Positions 28,890 through 38,031 of a stretch of DNA of 64,000 nt are shown here, piece after piece. The position numbers were made by a program, and so were the translations under genes. The stretch comes from Patescibacteria group bacterium (GTDB lineage: Bacteria; Patescibacteriota; Patescibacteriia; 2-12-FULL-60-25). Location of the stretch: the NCBI GenBank assembly GCA_046350895.1, contig JAXLZL010000004.1:8056-72055 (forward strand), read 5' to 3'. The notes below the pieces were generated by a model. The model was not told the origin of the DNA, searched no databases, and saw nothing but the letters and a program-made list of their open reading frames with translations. How positions within the stretch are numbered: position 1 is the stretch's first letter; the number at the start of each line of letters is the position of its first letter.

Positions 28890-29336
28890 CTACCATCTCT
28901 CTTCCCTTGGCCTGGTCTCAAGATATTCTTCAATGCGTCTTTTCGTTGCCGGTGAAATATCCGCTGGCAAATGATCAAAAGCAAAGAATTTCGTCTCTTT
29001 CACTTCTCCCCCGCTACTTGGCTCAAAGACCGATGTCTTTGCTTCAAAAAGCACGATATGGTCATTTTTATATTCGCCAAAGTTCGTGTGCGTAGCGAGC
29101 AAATTCAAAGGCCCAGAAAAATCAAAACCCACCTCTTCTTTGAGCTCACGACGTACGACATCTTGTAACGTTTCACCACGCCCAACTCCCCCACCGGGCA
29201 AATACCAGTCTTTCAGGTATGAATGCTTTACGAGCAGCACACTCTGTCCATCCGTAACGATGGCGCGGGCACCGATAGTGATAGGGCGTCGAATCCACCA
29301 ATAGAGGCGGCGGAGGGCATTGACGAGCTTGTACAT
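28890..29336 (-). CDS. Nudix-family hydrolase (148 aa)
   Basis: Nudix box GGGVGRGETLQDVVRRELKEEVG. Confidence 0.8.
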   Translation of the reverse strand: MYKLVNALRRLYWWIRRPITIGARAIVTDGQSVLLVKHSYLKDWYLPGGGVGRGETLQDVVRRELKEEVGFDFSGPLNLLATHTNFGEYKNDHIVLFEAKTSVFEPSSGGEVKETKFFAFDHLPADISPATKRRIEEYLETRPREERW

Positions 29337-29388
29337 GACCCAAGGCTAGCACTCATGGTGAACAATGAAAATCCCGGTGGGATTTAAC

Positions 29389-30048
29389 TTATTCGTGGAT
29401 GGATTCGATGATCGTTGAGAGAGCGGCTTGGTCCTGTTGGGCGATTTTTGCCGTCGGACCATCGCTATAATTCGCATCAAGAAGATACTTTCCTTTCTTC
29501 GTTGTGATGAGATACTGCTCTCCTGGGTAACCTGCCCCATCAACGACAAAATTCACTTTTTGTACGAGAGGGTTCTTTGTTGGCGAAAGCTTGGTCGTGG
29601 TAGCCGAGACTAGTTCCAAATTACTTTCATCCGCCTTGTAGATTATTACCTCATACCCAACGGTAAACTCACTTGCACTCGGCCCCACAGGACCCCCACT
29701 CGTACGGAACAACGTGCCAGTGGCGCTGGTAATGTAGAGCACATTAGTATTGTCGGCGAGAGCTGTGTGGGCGGCAGTAGGATAAGAGAATGCAAAATCC
29801 CAACCCGTATAAGCAGTGGTAGTAGACTGCACTGAATCACCCGCAGGGGTCACAAGCGCCTTAGCCGGGTCTTGGTCAATCTTTTTTTCTACAACCGAAA
29901 GGCGATCCGAGATCATCATAAGCGAACCATTCGTATTCATCTGCATAAAGCCAAGGCCCACAATGCCAAGCAAAATGATCATGGCGATCGTGATAAGGGA
30001 GAAGTGTTTACCGTCCATAGTGTGGTTAAAAGAGTGTTTAGATGCCAA
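29389..30048 (-). CDS. Hypothetical membrane-anchored extracytoplasmic protein (219 aa)
   Basis: Single N-terminal TM (FSLITIAMIILLGIVGLGF), remainder hydrophilic; no domain recognised. Confidence 0.55.
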   Translation of the reverse strand: MASKHSFNHTMDGKHFSLITIAMIILLGIVGLGFMQMNTNGSLMMISDRLSVVEKKIDQDPAKALVTPAGDSVQSTTTAYTGWDFAFSYPTAAHTALADNTNVLYITSATGTLFRTSGGPVGPSASEFTVGYEVIIYKADESNLELVSATTTKLSPTKNPLVQKVNFVVDGAGYPGEQYLITTKKGKYLLDANYSDGPTAKIAQQDQAALSTIIESIHE

Positions 30049-30104
30049 TAGAACGAAACATATTATAAATCATGACACCGTCCTCCGAATAGCCAGTTAT
30101 ACAC

Positions 30105-30129
30105 AAACCCCGCCTTGAGGGCGGGGTTT
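30105..30129. terminator. Bidirectional intrinsic terminator after rplU
   Basis: AAACCCCGCC-TTGAG-GGCGGGGTTT. Confidence 0.8.
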
Positions 30130-30139
30130 GAAAGATTGA

Positions 30140-30442
30140 TTACGCAATCTTGGTGATCTTCACTTCAGTGAAGTGCTGGCGGTGGCCATGGCGGCGCGTA
30201 TAGCGGCTCTTGGCTTTGTATTTCACGACTTCTACCTTGGCGTGGCGGCCCTGGCGAACGACTTCGCCGGTAACCTTTTCGCCGAGCGAAGGAGTGCCGA
30301 GATTGAGCTTGTCGCCCTCAGCGGTGAGAAGCGTCTCAAAAGACACGGCTTTGCCGGCTTCTGCTTCGAGCTTTTCGATTTTGATGACGTCGCCCTCGGA
30401 TACGAGGTACTGCTTACCGCCAGTAGAGATAACTGCAATCAT
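30140..30442 (-). CDS. rplU: Ribosomal protein L21
   Basis: MIAVISTGGKQYLVSEGDVIKIEKL.. 100 aa. Confidence 0.92.
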   Translation of the reverse strand: MIAVISTGGKQYLVSEGDVIKIEKLEAEAGKAVSFETLLTAEGDKLNLGTPSLGEKVTGEVVRQGRHAKVEVVKYKAKSRYTRRHGHRQHFTEVKITKIA

Positions 30443-30463
30443 AGAATTTTTGGGAATGGGCGT

Positions 30464-30492
30464 ATAATAGCGGTTTTAGGCTAGGTTGTCAA
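30464..30492 (-). promoter_or_regulatory. rplU promoter
   Basis: Minus strand TTGACA(30492-30487)-17 nt-TATTAT(30469-30464). Confidence 0.55.
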
Positions 30493-30517
30493 TAAAAGGC
30501 CATTTGCCCGTATTTGG

Positions 30518-30985
30518 CTATCTTAAGCTGTTTAAATCCGTCTGGGTACCGATTTCGAGCTTGTATTCTTTTACCATCCCCTCATTGAGCTCAAGTACCA
30601 TATCAGCCTCGGTTACAGACTGGTGACTGGGGATACCGGCAAGGCTCGGGCGCTGAAGGGTCGCGATATCGACCACCTTCCCCTCTCTTAGGTAAACAAT
30701 GTCGAGTGCAAACTTCATATCCTTCATCCAGAAATTCTGGTTCTCGACATTTGGCATGATAAAGAGCATCCCCTCGTCTTTGGTCATGCGTTTGCGGCCG
30801 CTGAGGCCCTGAACGATCGAAGCGGGCGTACGAGCGATCTCAAGATTGAGAGTTTTGCCGTTAAGTGTCACAGCTTGGTCATGACGCATCACTGCCGCGC
30901 TTGGTGCAGCAAAAATGAAAGCCGCGACACAGATGCCGGCTGACAATATAACGAGCGCAATCGTTACAAAAAGTTTTTTCTTCAT
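30518..30985 (-). CDS. DUF192-family protein with signal/anchor
   Basis: GLSGRKRMTKDEGMLFIM..FWMKDMKFALDIVYL pattern typical of DUF192 (COG1430). Confidence 0.75.
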   Translation of the reverse strand: MKKKLFVTIALVILSAGICVAAFIFAAPSAAVMRHDQAVTLNGKTLNLEIARTPASIVQGLSGRKRMTKDEGMLFIMPNVENQNFWMKDMKFALDIVYLREGKVVDIATLQRPSLAGIPSHQSVTEADMVLELNEGMVKEYKLEIGTQTDLNSLR

Positions 30986-31037
30986 GAGATGGTTTTTTGC
31001 TTATGTTTGGCATCAGCCCATGCACCAAGCCCTACGG

Positions 31038-32060
31038 TTACTGAACACAATAAAATAAATAACAAGACTTTTCCCGTGTTTGCACAAATAAACCCGCGGC
31101 ACCGACGAGGGCGGTGAGCGACCAAAGAAGATAGACAACATGGCGCTTATCGAGACCTGCCTTCAATAGTTTGTGATGCAGGTGGGTATCATCACCCTTG
31201 AACGGTGATACGCCGCGACGTACTCGGCCTACGAGGACAAAAGCGAGATCAACAATCGGTAAACCAAGCACCATCAGAGCCGTCGCTAATTTTGCACCGC
31301 TCAAGATCGCTAACGCACCAAGCAAGAAGCCAGCCAACGTACTCCCCGCTTCTCCCAAAAACTGTTTGGCGGGATTCATATTATGGGGCAAGAATCCGGC
31401 AAAGGCACCGGCAACAACAACAGCCAACATCGCCATGCTTGGTTGGTAATAACGTTGAGTGAGTGACAGAGCCACGATAAGCATCGCACCAATCACCGCT
31501 TGGCCGGTCACAAGGCCATCAAGACCGTCCATGGCCTTGGTTGCATACGTGACACCCATCAACCAACAGAAGGCGAGCAAGCTCGGCAATACGGCGACAC
31601 CACCGATCACCCAGAACTGCAACGAGTAGGCTCCGCCAGAAGGATTCGTGATATGGCTAATCGATAATCCGCAAGCCACGGCAACAACGCACCCAACAAT
31701 CGGAAAGAGAATTTGGTATTTAGCGGGCAAATCATGACGATCATCCAAAACACCGCCAAACATCAGAATGATGGCAGCGACCATTAAGCCCGTTAATGCC
31801 AAACTAGGCACCGATAACCATGGTGATAAAAAACCAAAAGCGATCAAAACGACCAAACCGATACCGAGTCCGCCCAAAAGGGGCGTTGCCATCTCATGAA
31901 TTTTACGTCCCCCTTTTGGCTCATCAATAGCCCTGAGGCGAAATGCCAGTCGCTGGGTCGCACGAGCCAAAACCCACGACAAAGCCGCACTGGCCAAGCC
32001 AAGAGCGGCAAGAATCAAATACAGGGTCACACGGCTCATATCGGCATCTAACCGCGCCAT
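31038..32060 (-). CDS. Glycosyltransferase family 4 polyprenyl-phosphate sugar-1-phosphate transferase (WecA/MraY-like)
   Basis: 340 aa polytopic; DDRHDLPAKYQ and AMDGLDGLV motifs. Confidence 0.8.
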   Translation of the reverse strand: MARLDADMSRVTLYLILAALGLASAALSWVLARATQRLAFRLRAIDEPKGGRKIHEMATPLLGGLGIGLVVLIAFGFLSPWLSVPSLALTGLMVAAIILMFGGVLDDRHDLPAKYQILFPIVGCVVAVACGLSISHITNPSGGAYSLQFWVIGGVAVLPSLLAFCWLMGVTYATKAMDGLDGLVTGQAVIGAMLIVALSLTQRYYQPSMAMLAVVVAGAFAGFLPHNMNPAKQFLGEAGSTLAGFLLGALAILSGAKLATALMVLGLPIVDLAFVLVGRVRRGVSPFKGDDTHLHHKLLKAGLDKRHVVYLLWSLTALVGAAGLFVQTREKSCYLFYCVQ

Positions 32061-34711
32061 TTCTCGACGCGCAAGTGACCACCCTCTTCGAGCACGAGGG
32101 TATCTTTGCGGGTGGCTTCTTCGCGCAATAAGGCATCGGCAATGGCTGTCTCAACCTTGTCTTGGATAAGGCGTTTTAGAGGGCGCACGCCAAATTGCGG
32201 ATCAAAACCCTCTTTCGCCAACCATTGAACCGCTTCATCGTCGGCGGTAAAGACGATCCCTTTTTCTTTGAGTTTTTCAGCCAGGCGACGAATTTGCAAC
32301 CAGGTAATTTGCTCTACCTCATCAAGATGAAGCGGACGGAACACAATGATACCGTCAAAACGGTTCAAGAACTCCGGACGATAGGTCGATTGCAGTTCAC
32401 GTTCTAACAATTCGCGCTTGATGGACTCAATACCCTTTTCTTCACGAACGGCTTGTTGGATATACCCGGCACCGGCATTTGACGTTGCGATAATCACGGT
32501 ATTGGTGAAATCGATGGTGCGACCAACGCCATCGGTGAGACGCCCATCATCAAGCACCTGCAAAAACGTTGTTAGTACATCAGGATTCGCTTTCTCTAAT
32601 TCATCCAAGAGCACGATCGAGAATGGCTGTTTGCGAATAGCCTCGGTCAATAAACCGCCCTTATTGTCACCAGGATTACCGATCAGGCGCGATACCGATG
32701 AAGCCTGTTGGTATTCGGACATGTCGAGACGCACCAAAAAACGTTCATGACCGACATACTCCATCGCAAGCGCTTTAGCGAGCTCAGTTTTACCGACACC
32801 CGTCGGGCCCAAGAACAAGAAGGTCGCCATCGGACGTCTCGTCTCACGCACATCGACGCGTGCACGGCGCATCGCCTGCGAGACGGCTTTGACCGCCTCT
32901 TCTTGGCCGATGACATGGGCCTTTAAACGGTCTTCGAGGCCAAGGAGTTTTTCTTTTTCATTTGAGTTGATCGATTCGACCGGGATGCGCGTCTTCTCAT
33001 GTACAATTTGGGCGATATCTTCTTCACTCACCAATACTCCCGAACCGCGCTTGCGCTGGGCGGATGCCGCCGCCTCGGTCATGAGTTGAAGGGCACTCTC
33101 AGGCAAACGGATATCTTTGAGATACCGCTTGGCCGACGCATAGGCCTGCTCAAGGGCACCATAGGTAAAAAAGACATGTGATCGGTATTCGATACTGCCC
33201 GCCTTTGCCATCAATAACTCCATAGCCGCCTCTTGTGATGGCTCTTCGAGTATCTGCTTACCCATTTGGGCGCTTAAGGCATGCGGCTCAAGGACGCTCG
33301 TCCATGCACCTGGTGTCGTTGTCGCAAGCAGCATCAGCCTCCCCTGCTCTAAATCTGAAGCGAGTAAATCAGCCAAATCAACACCGTTCGTCGAGACGCG
33401 CACCACGGCATCAAGTTGTTGAAGCACAAGCAAAATATTGCCCGAGCTCTCAGCTTCACGAATCAATGACAATAAGCGCTGTGGAGCATAAGACGGGTCA
33501 CCGCCAGCGAGTACATGCGCTACATCAACCACGACCATGCGTTTATCAAACAGGATAGGCGGCACGTCTTCAATCACCATGCGCTGCGCCAAACCTTCTA
33601 CCAAGGCGCGCTTACCAACACCTGCATCCGCAATGAGAGCCATGGCACGGTGCCCACTTTCAAACCCGCGCAAAAGCTGGTCCATGTCGGCATCGCGTCC
33701 AATCAAAGGGAAAAGATAGTCATGTCGCGCCGAACGGGTGAGATCTTCGCCAAACTGGTCAAGGAGCGGCGTGGCATGGGCCGTCATGGCACGGTCCATC
33801 GAGGCGTCAGGCTTGAGGATGGCGAGCTGGTGAAAGGCGCGGTGGTCTTCAACGAGTTGCTCTTGCAAACGGATCCAATGCGCCACGCGTTCAACACGCT
33901 CAGGTGGCACGCCTAAAACATCGAGAGCATCACGAATGCCCGCATCGACTTCAACAGCCGCTTGAAAGATATCCATTACGCTTACCGTTTGGCGCTGGTT
34001 TTGCCGGGCATAGAGAAACGCGCGCAGTAAAATCTCTCTTGCTTCGGTTGTCAGTTTTGGTTCGCGTTGCTCGCCAAAAGGCACTTGCCCCAATAAGCGC
34101 GTGAGTTGCGGCTTCCAGGCATCAAAGGTGACGCCGAGGCGTGAGAGCAGAATACCGCCTTGGGTTGAAGTGAGCGCGGAGGCAAATACATGAATAGGCG
34201 CCAACTCGGATTTTTGCTGTTTGCGCGCAAGGTCATGGGCCAAACGAAGCGCGTTCCAGGCACTGTCATCGGCATAACGCGAGACATCGCGCACAAATGG
34301 CAGCTCAGGCGTATGCGCCGGAGCTTGCGGCAACCGTTCTTGCGTCTCTGCCCAGGTCGCCGAACGATAAACAAGCAACAAGATAGACAAGGCAGCCACA
34401 CAAAAGGCAAAAGCCATCGGACCGCCATTCACGAGAGCCAGAAACGTGAACTCGGTCACGGATTGCATCAATAGCCAACCCGCAACCAAAGCCGAAATAA
34501 TGAGGGCGGCCATGGCCAAGACCACACTCCCGCGGCGCGAAATTTCTTTGACGCGTCGCAAGGCAAAAACCGAGCTTTCAACCGGACTCAACCAGATAAG
34601 CTGTTCAGCATTGTCGACGACCAACGCAAACTCCGAGCCTTGGCAGTTTTTACACAAGCGCTTGTCTTCTACTCCGTCACAGGTGTCACAAGAAATTCTC
34701 TGGATATCCAT
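32048..34711 (-). CDS. Atypical Clp/Hsp100 AAA+ ATPase: N-terminal zinc ribbon plus two TM helices, degenerate D1, canonical D2
   Basis: 887 aa. CDTCDG..CKNCQG pairs; TM segments VVLAMAALIISALVAGWLLM and MAFAFCVAALSILLLVY. D1 P-loop is ADAGVGKRA and its Walker B is replaced by ILLVLQQLD. D2 has GPTGVGKT and VLLDELEKA. Confidence 0.85.
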   Translation of the reverse strand: MDIQRISCDTCDGVEDKRLCKNCQGSEFALVVDNAEQLIWLSPVESSVFALRRVKEISRRGSVVLAMAALIISALVAGWLLMQSVTEFTFLALVNGGPMAFAFCVAALSILLLVYRSATWAETQERLPQAPAHTPELPFVRDVSRYADDSAWNALRLAHDLARKQQKSELAPIHVFASALTSTQGGILLSRLGVTFDAWKPQLTRLLGQVPFGEQREPKLTTEAREILLRAFLYARQNQRQTVSVMDIFQAAVEVDAGIRDALDVLGVPPERVERVAHWIRLQEQLVEDHRAFHQLAILKPDASMDRAMTAHATPLLDQFGEDLTRSARHDYLFPLIGRDADMDQLLRGFESGHRAMALIADAGVGKRALVEGLAQRMVIEDVPPILFDKRMVVVDVAHVLAGGDPSYAPQRLLSLIREAESSGNILLVLQQLDAVVRVSTNGVDLADLLASDLEQGRLMLLATTTPGAWTSVLEPHALSAQMGKQILEEPSQEAAMELLMAKAGSIEYRSHVFFTYGALEQAYASAKRYLKDIRLPESALQLMTEAAASAQRKRGSGVLVSEEDIAQIVHEKTRIPVESINSNEKEKLLGLEDRLKAHVIGQEEAVKAVSQAMRRARVDVRETRRPMATFLFLGPTGVGKTELAKALAMEYVGHERFLVRLDMSEYQQASSVSRLIGNPGDNKGGLLTEAIRKQPFSIVLLDELEKANPDVLTTFLQVLDDGRLTDGVGRTIDFTNTVIIATSNAGAGYIQQAVREEKGIESIKRELLERELQSTYRPEFLNRFDGIIVFRPLHLDEVEQITWLQIRRLAEKLKEKGIVFTADDEAVQWLAKEGFDPQFGVRPLKRLIQDKVETAIADALLREEATRKDTLVLEEGGHLRVEKWRG

Positions 34712-34712
34712 A

Positions 34713-35102
34713 TCACATCAGGTGAATCAAACCGAGTACGGCCATGGCGTTTAATACGAGCAGGGCAATGATGAATGCCGGGATAAAAAACCAAGCTACC
34801 AATGCCAGCAGATAAAAGAACACCGACACCACCAAAACCAATAAGCGCCAAATTAACACGACAAAACGCATCACGACACTGATGAGGCGCCCAGCCAAAT
34901 CGCTTTGGCCATACATCGGTTGAAACAGATGCGATGTCCAGAAACGAAAGGCCAATGAACGCCAACGAAAAGCGAGCCGTGTTTTTACCCAATCAAAAAG
35001 ACGGGTAACACCGTCTGAATACCACCAAAAAAAGGTTTTAAGCACCACGCCAAACAATTCTGAAACGATGATCGTAAAAGAAGATGCGACAGGCATGGAC
35101 AT
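34713..35102 (-). CDS. Hypothetical membrane protein (129 aa)
   Basis: ORF track; 3 hydrophobic helices; own leaderless-type promoter. Confidence 0.55.
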   Translation of the reverse strand: MSMPVASSFTIIVSELFGVVLKTFFWWYSDGVTRLFDWVKTRLAFRWRSLAFRFWTSHLFQPMYGQSDLAGRLISVVMRFVVLIWRLLVLVVSVFFYLLALVAWFFIPAFIIALLVLNAMAVLGLIHLM

Positions 35103-35108
35103 GGGGCG

Positions 35109-35117
35109 ATTATATCA
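35109..35117 (-). promoter_or_regulatory. Extended -10 promoter, leaderless geometry
   Basis: Minus strand TGATATAAT-CGCCCC-ATG(35102). Confidence 0.55.
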
Positions 35118-35235
35118 ATAATCCCCCCTACACGCTATGAGGGAGGATTATGTCGGTAGATGCTAAGCAACTGCCGGCATGAGTGAATCACATTTGATCG
35201 TTTTCACGGTCGGGTGACGCGCTCATGCCCGAAGT

Positions 35236-35637
35236 CTAGCGGGCGACGGCGACACTGTCGCGGCTGACGTCGACAAACTCCATGCGGTCAGCAGAAACAT
35301 AACCGAGGCCATTAACACGGTCTTCAATGCTGCGGATGGCACGCTTTTGCGCCACCTGGTCTTCGAGCGAAGCAACGGTGATTTGCAAACGCTCCAACTG
35401 TCGTTCTTGGTCACGCAAGGCAAAGCCCTTTGTAGCCGTGTGGTTCATCTGAAAAACATACGACACCATCCCGACAATCGAGATCCCGATCAACAAATAC
35501 ACCCAAGAACGCTCAGCGACATTGGCGAGGCGCTTGCCCAAAGGCAAAGCCAAACCGAGGGCCTGCTGCGGTGAGCGGAGGTTATAGGCGTACGAGGTGC
35601 GGGTGATCGATGTCATAGATAAAGTACTTTTTGTCAT
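35236..35637 (-). CDS. FtsL-like small bitopic division protein
   Basis: Start taken at MTKSTLSM; one TM (WVYLLIGISIVGMVSYVF) then a coiled coil; positioned right after rsmH as in dcw clusters. Confidence 0.6.
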   Translation of the reverse strand: MTKSTLSMTSITRTSYAYNLRSPQQALGLALPLGKRLANVAERSWVYLLIGISIVGMVSYVFQMNHTATKGFALRDQERQLERLQITVASLEDQVAQKRAIRSIEDRVNGLGYVSADRMEFVDVSRDSVAVAR

Positions 35638-35645
35638 CCCGAGCG

Positions 35646-36545
35646 TTAGCCGAGGGATTTGGTGGCGACGCGTAATTTTGCACTGCGCGATCGCGGATTG
35701 GCGGCGAGTTCTGATTCGCCAGGGGTCAGGGGCTTCTTGTACAGGTTGGTCCACTTGGACTCATCTTTGAGCGCGAGTTTGACCACGCGGTCTTCAATGG
35801 AGTGAAACGAGATGATCGCGAGCCGGCCATTAGGGGCGAGGATGCTATAGGCACTCTCGATGGCCTGCTTGAGCGATTGGATCTCGTCATTTACCGCCAT
35901 GCGCAAGGCTTGAAAGGTTCTTGTCGCGGGATGGATGCGGCCTTGTTCGTAATTGGCTGGTACCGCCGCTTTGATAACGCCGGCAAGTTCGATCGTTCGG
36001 GTGATACGGGACACGCGGCGCGCGTCGGCAATCGCCGTGGCGATTCTGAAGGCGAATTTTTCTTCGCCGAAATTGCGGATCATCTCGGTCAATTCGGACA
36101 CCTTCCATGTATTGACGATGTCGGCAGCCGTGAGGCCGTCTTCATTCGCCTTTGGACCAAGGCGCATATCGAGCGGTCCCTCGAGTTGAAAGGACAAGCC
36201 TTTTTTCGGGTCTGAGATCTCATCAGAGGAGAAACCGAGATCGAGCAGAATACCGTCAACCGAGTTCACGCCGAGTTCGCGCAAGCTGTCTGCCATGGTT
36301 CTGAAGTTCGCATCGATCCCCTGCCAACGGTCGCCGTATTCGGCGAGCGTTTCTTTGGCTCTTGAGAGAGCCTGGGGGTCAACGTCGAAGGAGTACACGC
36401 GGCCGGTAGGCGCCGAGCGCTTCAGCAGTTCACGCGTATGCGTGGCACCGCCGAGCGTCCCGTCGACATAGGTACCGCCATCATGAGGTTCGAGGCCAAG
36501 CATGGTTTCCTCGAGCATCACGGCGATGTGGATGGAGGTGCTCAT
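35646..36545 (-). CDS. rsmH: 16S rRNA (cytosine1402-N4)-methyltransferase
   Basis: Start taken at MSTSIHIAVMLEE; blocks DGTLGGATH, DLGFSSDE, ISFHSIEDR. Confidence 0.92.
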   Translation of the reverse strand: MSTSIHIAVMLEETMLGLEPHDGGTYVDGTLGGATHTRELLKRSAPTGRVYSFDVDPQALSRAKETLAEYGDRWQGIDANFRTMADSLRELGVNSVDGILLDLGFSSDEISDPKKGLSFQLEGPLDMRLGPKANEDGLTAADIVNTWKVSELTEMIRNFGEEKFAFRIATAIADARRVSRITRTIELAGVIKAAVPANYEQGRIHPATRTFQALRMAVNDEIQSLKQAIESAYSILAPNGRLAIISFHSIEDRVVKLALKDESKWTNLYKKPLTPGESELAANPRSRSAKLRVATKSLG

Positions 36546-36973
36546 ACGCCGAGATTGGTTAAACGTTCTGCAATCGCATTGCCTTGGTCCTCCGTTTGGC
36601 GGGCATAGGCTTCGTAAGCTTCTTCGTCCCAAATTTCGAGACGATTGTACAAACCTGCGACAACAACGTTTTTCTGCAACCCTGAATAGGTACGCAGATA
36701 CTCTGGCAAAAGCACGCGTCCGGCCTTGTCGACTTCGGCCTCCATGGCACCGGCAAGCATCAAACGTGCAAAAGCACGCGTATCAGCCTGGCCGAGCGGA
36801 AGCGCAGCGAGTTTGGCAGCGAGTGTCTCCCACTCCTGTTTCGGGTAAAGGAAGAGGCTGCGGTCCAACCCACGAGTAACGACGACACCCTCAGCGAGGG
36901 CAGCGCGAAACTTAGCCGGTATGGACATGCGGCCTTTTTCATCGAGACTGTGATGAAATTCCCCGATAAACAT
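36542..36973 (-). CDS. mraZ: Transcriptional regulator MraZ
   Basis: Start taken at MFIGEFHHSLDEKGRMSIPAKFR; second repeat DKAGRVLLPEYLR. Confidence 0.9.
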   Translation of the reverse strand: MFIGEFHHSLDEKGRMSIPAKFRAALAEGVVVTRGLDRSLFLYPKQEWETLAAKLAALPLGQADTRAFARLMLAGAMEAEVDKAGRVLLPEYLRTYSGLQKNVVVAGLYNRLEIWDEEAYEAYARQTEDQGNAIAERLTNLGV

Positions 36974-36999
36974 GGCGCGGATACGTGTTCTGAAGTTTT

Positions 37000-37052
37000 C
37001 CCACTTCTTCCCACGTGATCCCATTTTATACCACTTTGCCCCTTTTGTACAA
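37000..37052 (-). promoter_or_regulatory. mraZ promoter with four phased MraZ-box-like repeats
   Basis: The minus strand reads AGTGGT, AATGGG, CGTGGG, AGTGGG with the GG cores exactly 10 nt apart (plus-strand ccac/ccat at 37001, 37011, 37021, 37031). The repeats overlap TATAAA (37030-25), with TTGTAC (37052-47) upstream. Confidence 0.6.
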
Positions 37053-37066
37053 AAACCGTTCTCAAC

Positions 37067-37094
37067 AAAAAACCCGCTATCTTAGCGGGTTTTT
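37067..37094. terminator. Bidirectional intrinsic terminator
   Basis: AAAAAACCCGCTA-TCT-TAGCGGGTTTTT. Confidence 0.8.
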
Positions 37095-37132
37095 GCGTTC
37101 TGTTTTTGTTTGTGGGGATAAGTTAGATCCCA

Positions 37133-38020
37133 CTAGGGCTTTACCGTGACCGTTGTCGTGCTACTTCGACCAACGAGCTCTGCAACGAAAGTTTTCGTAG
37201 AAGTTACATATCGCAAGTTCTCCCACCAGGTATTATGCACAATATCTGCCTCATCAACCACGTTGCTCTGATTACTGGATACAAGTTTATCGTTCACCAA
37301 ATCAAGAACATTTAACGGTTGCCCCTGGCAAGACCCCTCGCAGATCTCTTCATTGGTCATTGCGAAATAGCCATCAACAAAAAGTCTTCTGCTATAGGCT
37401 TCTTTGCCTTCAGTTGAGAAACTGAACACCGGTGAAGGTCTGAAAGAACGAATTCTATGTAGGTCGCCAGCCTTAGAGAGGTTTGCTACATAGATCGAAT
37501 CCGTTGAAAAGACGTCGAAAAACTCATTTTTCAGCAGCCCACGAGACATTACGATAGCGATATATTGATTACCTTCCCGTTTGAATAGAGTAAACTCCTT
37601 TATAAAGACATCGGTGTCCGTGTTCCAATATCGACCAATCTCTTTCTGATTTCCAGCGCTGTCAACAAGAATGAGCGTATTATCGGCCCTGCAAATCCTT
37701 CTTCGAGAATTTTGCGTATCGGGGGCAATATTCAAAGGATCGCTATCTTTACAGTACTGGCGTAATTCATAGCCGTTAGCACCCAGCTCAGGACTTCCGC
37801 TAATACTCAGAACCAACCTAGGATCGTTATCATACATCCACTGATCAGAAGCTCTGATGGGCTTAGGGGCACTATTAGCGACCTCATTTCTGTACCAATC
37901 AACTAACGTAGCTAGCTCATTATTTCGCTGCTCAAGTCGCAAAATCACAGCTCCTCCACCGACAATAAAGACAATCAGGGCCACCGCAAAAGGCAGGGCG
38001 TATCTATATTTTTCTTGCAT
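37133..38020 (-). CDS. Hypothetical anchored secreted Cys-containing protein, paralog B (295 aa)
   Basis: N-terminal TM; shares GY.L.QYC.D....PD...IC, GN.YI.I and C.G.C.G motifs with 38032..38907; AT-rich (25/60 GC at 37201-37260). Confidence 0.6.
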   Translation of the reverse strand: MQEKYRYALPFAVALIVFIVGGGAVILRLEQRNNELATLVDWYRNEVANSAPKPIRASDQWMYDNDPRLVLSISGSPELGANGYELRQYCKDSDPLNIAPDTQNSRRRICRADNTLILVDSAGNQKEIGRYWNTDTDVFIKEFTLFKREGNQYIAIVMSRGLLKNEFFDVFSTDSIYVANLSKAGDLHRIRSFRPSPVFSFSTEGKEAYSRRLFVDGYFAMTNEEICEGSCQGQPLNVLDLVNDKLVSSNQSNVVDEADIVHNTWWENLRYVTSTKTFVAELVGRSSTTTVTVKP

Positions 38021-38031
38021 AGATCGCTGAA

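Noticed and set aside
32195-34474. Multiple 60-133-aa plus-strand ORFs inside the clp gene.
   Set aside because: They are antisense to a well-supported 887-aa AAA+ protein. None has a start context or recognisable motif.
35600-35650. A sequence resembling a REP-like hairpin (ATCCCGAGCG..GCCGAGGGAT) between rsmH and the ftsL-like gene.
   Set aside because: The arms are not actually complementary beyond 5 bp, and the segment encodes the RsmH C-terminus (..ATKSLG-stop).
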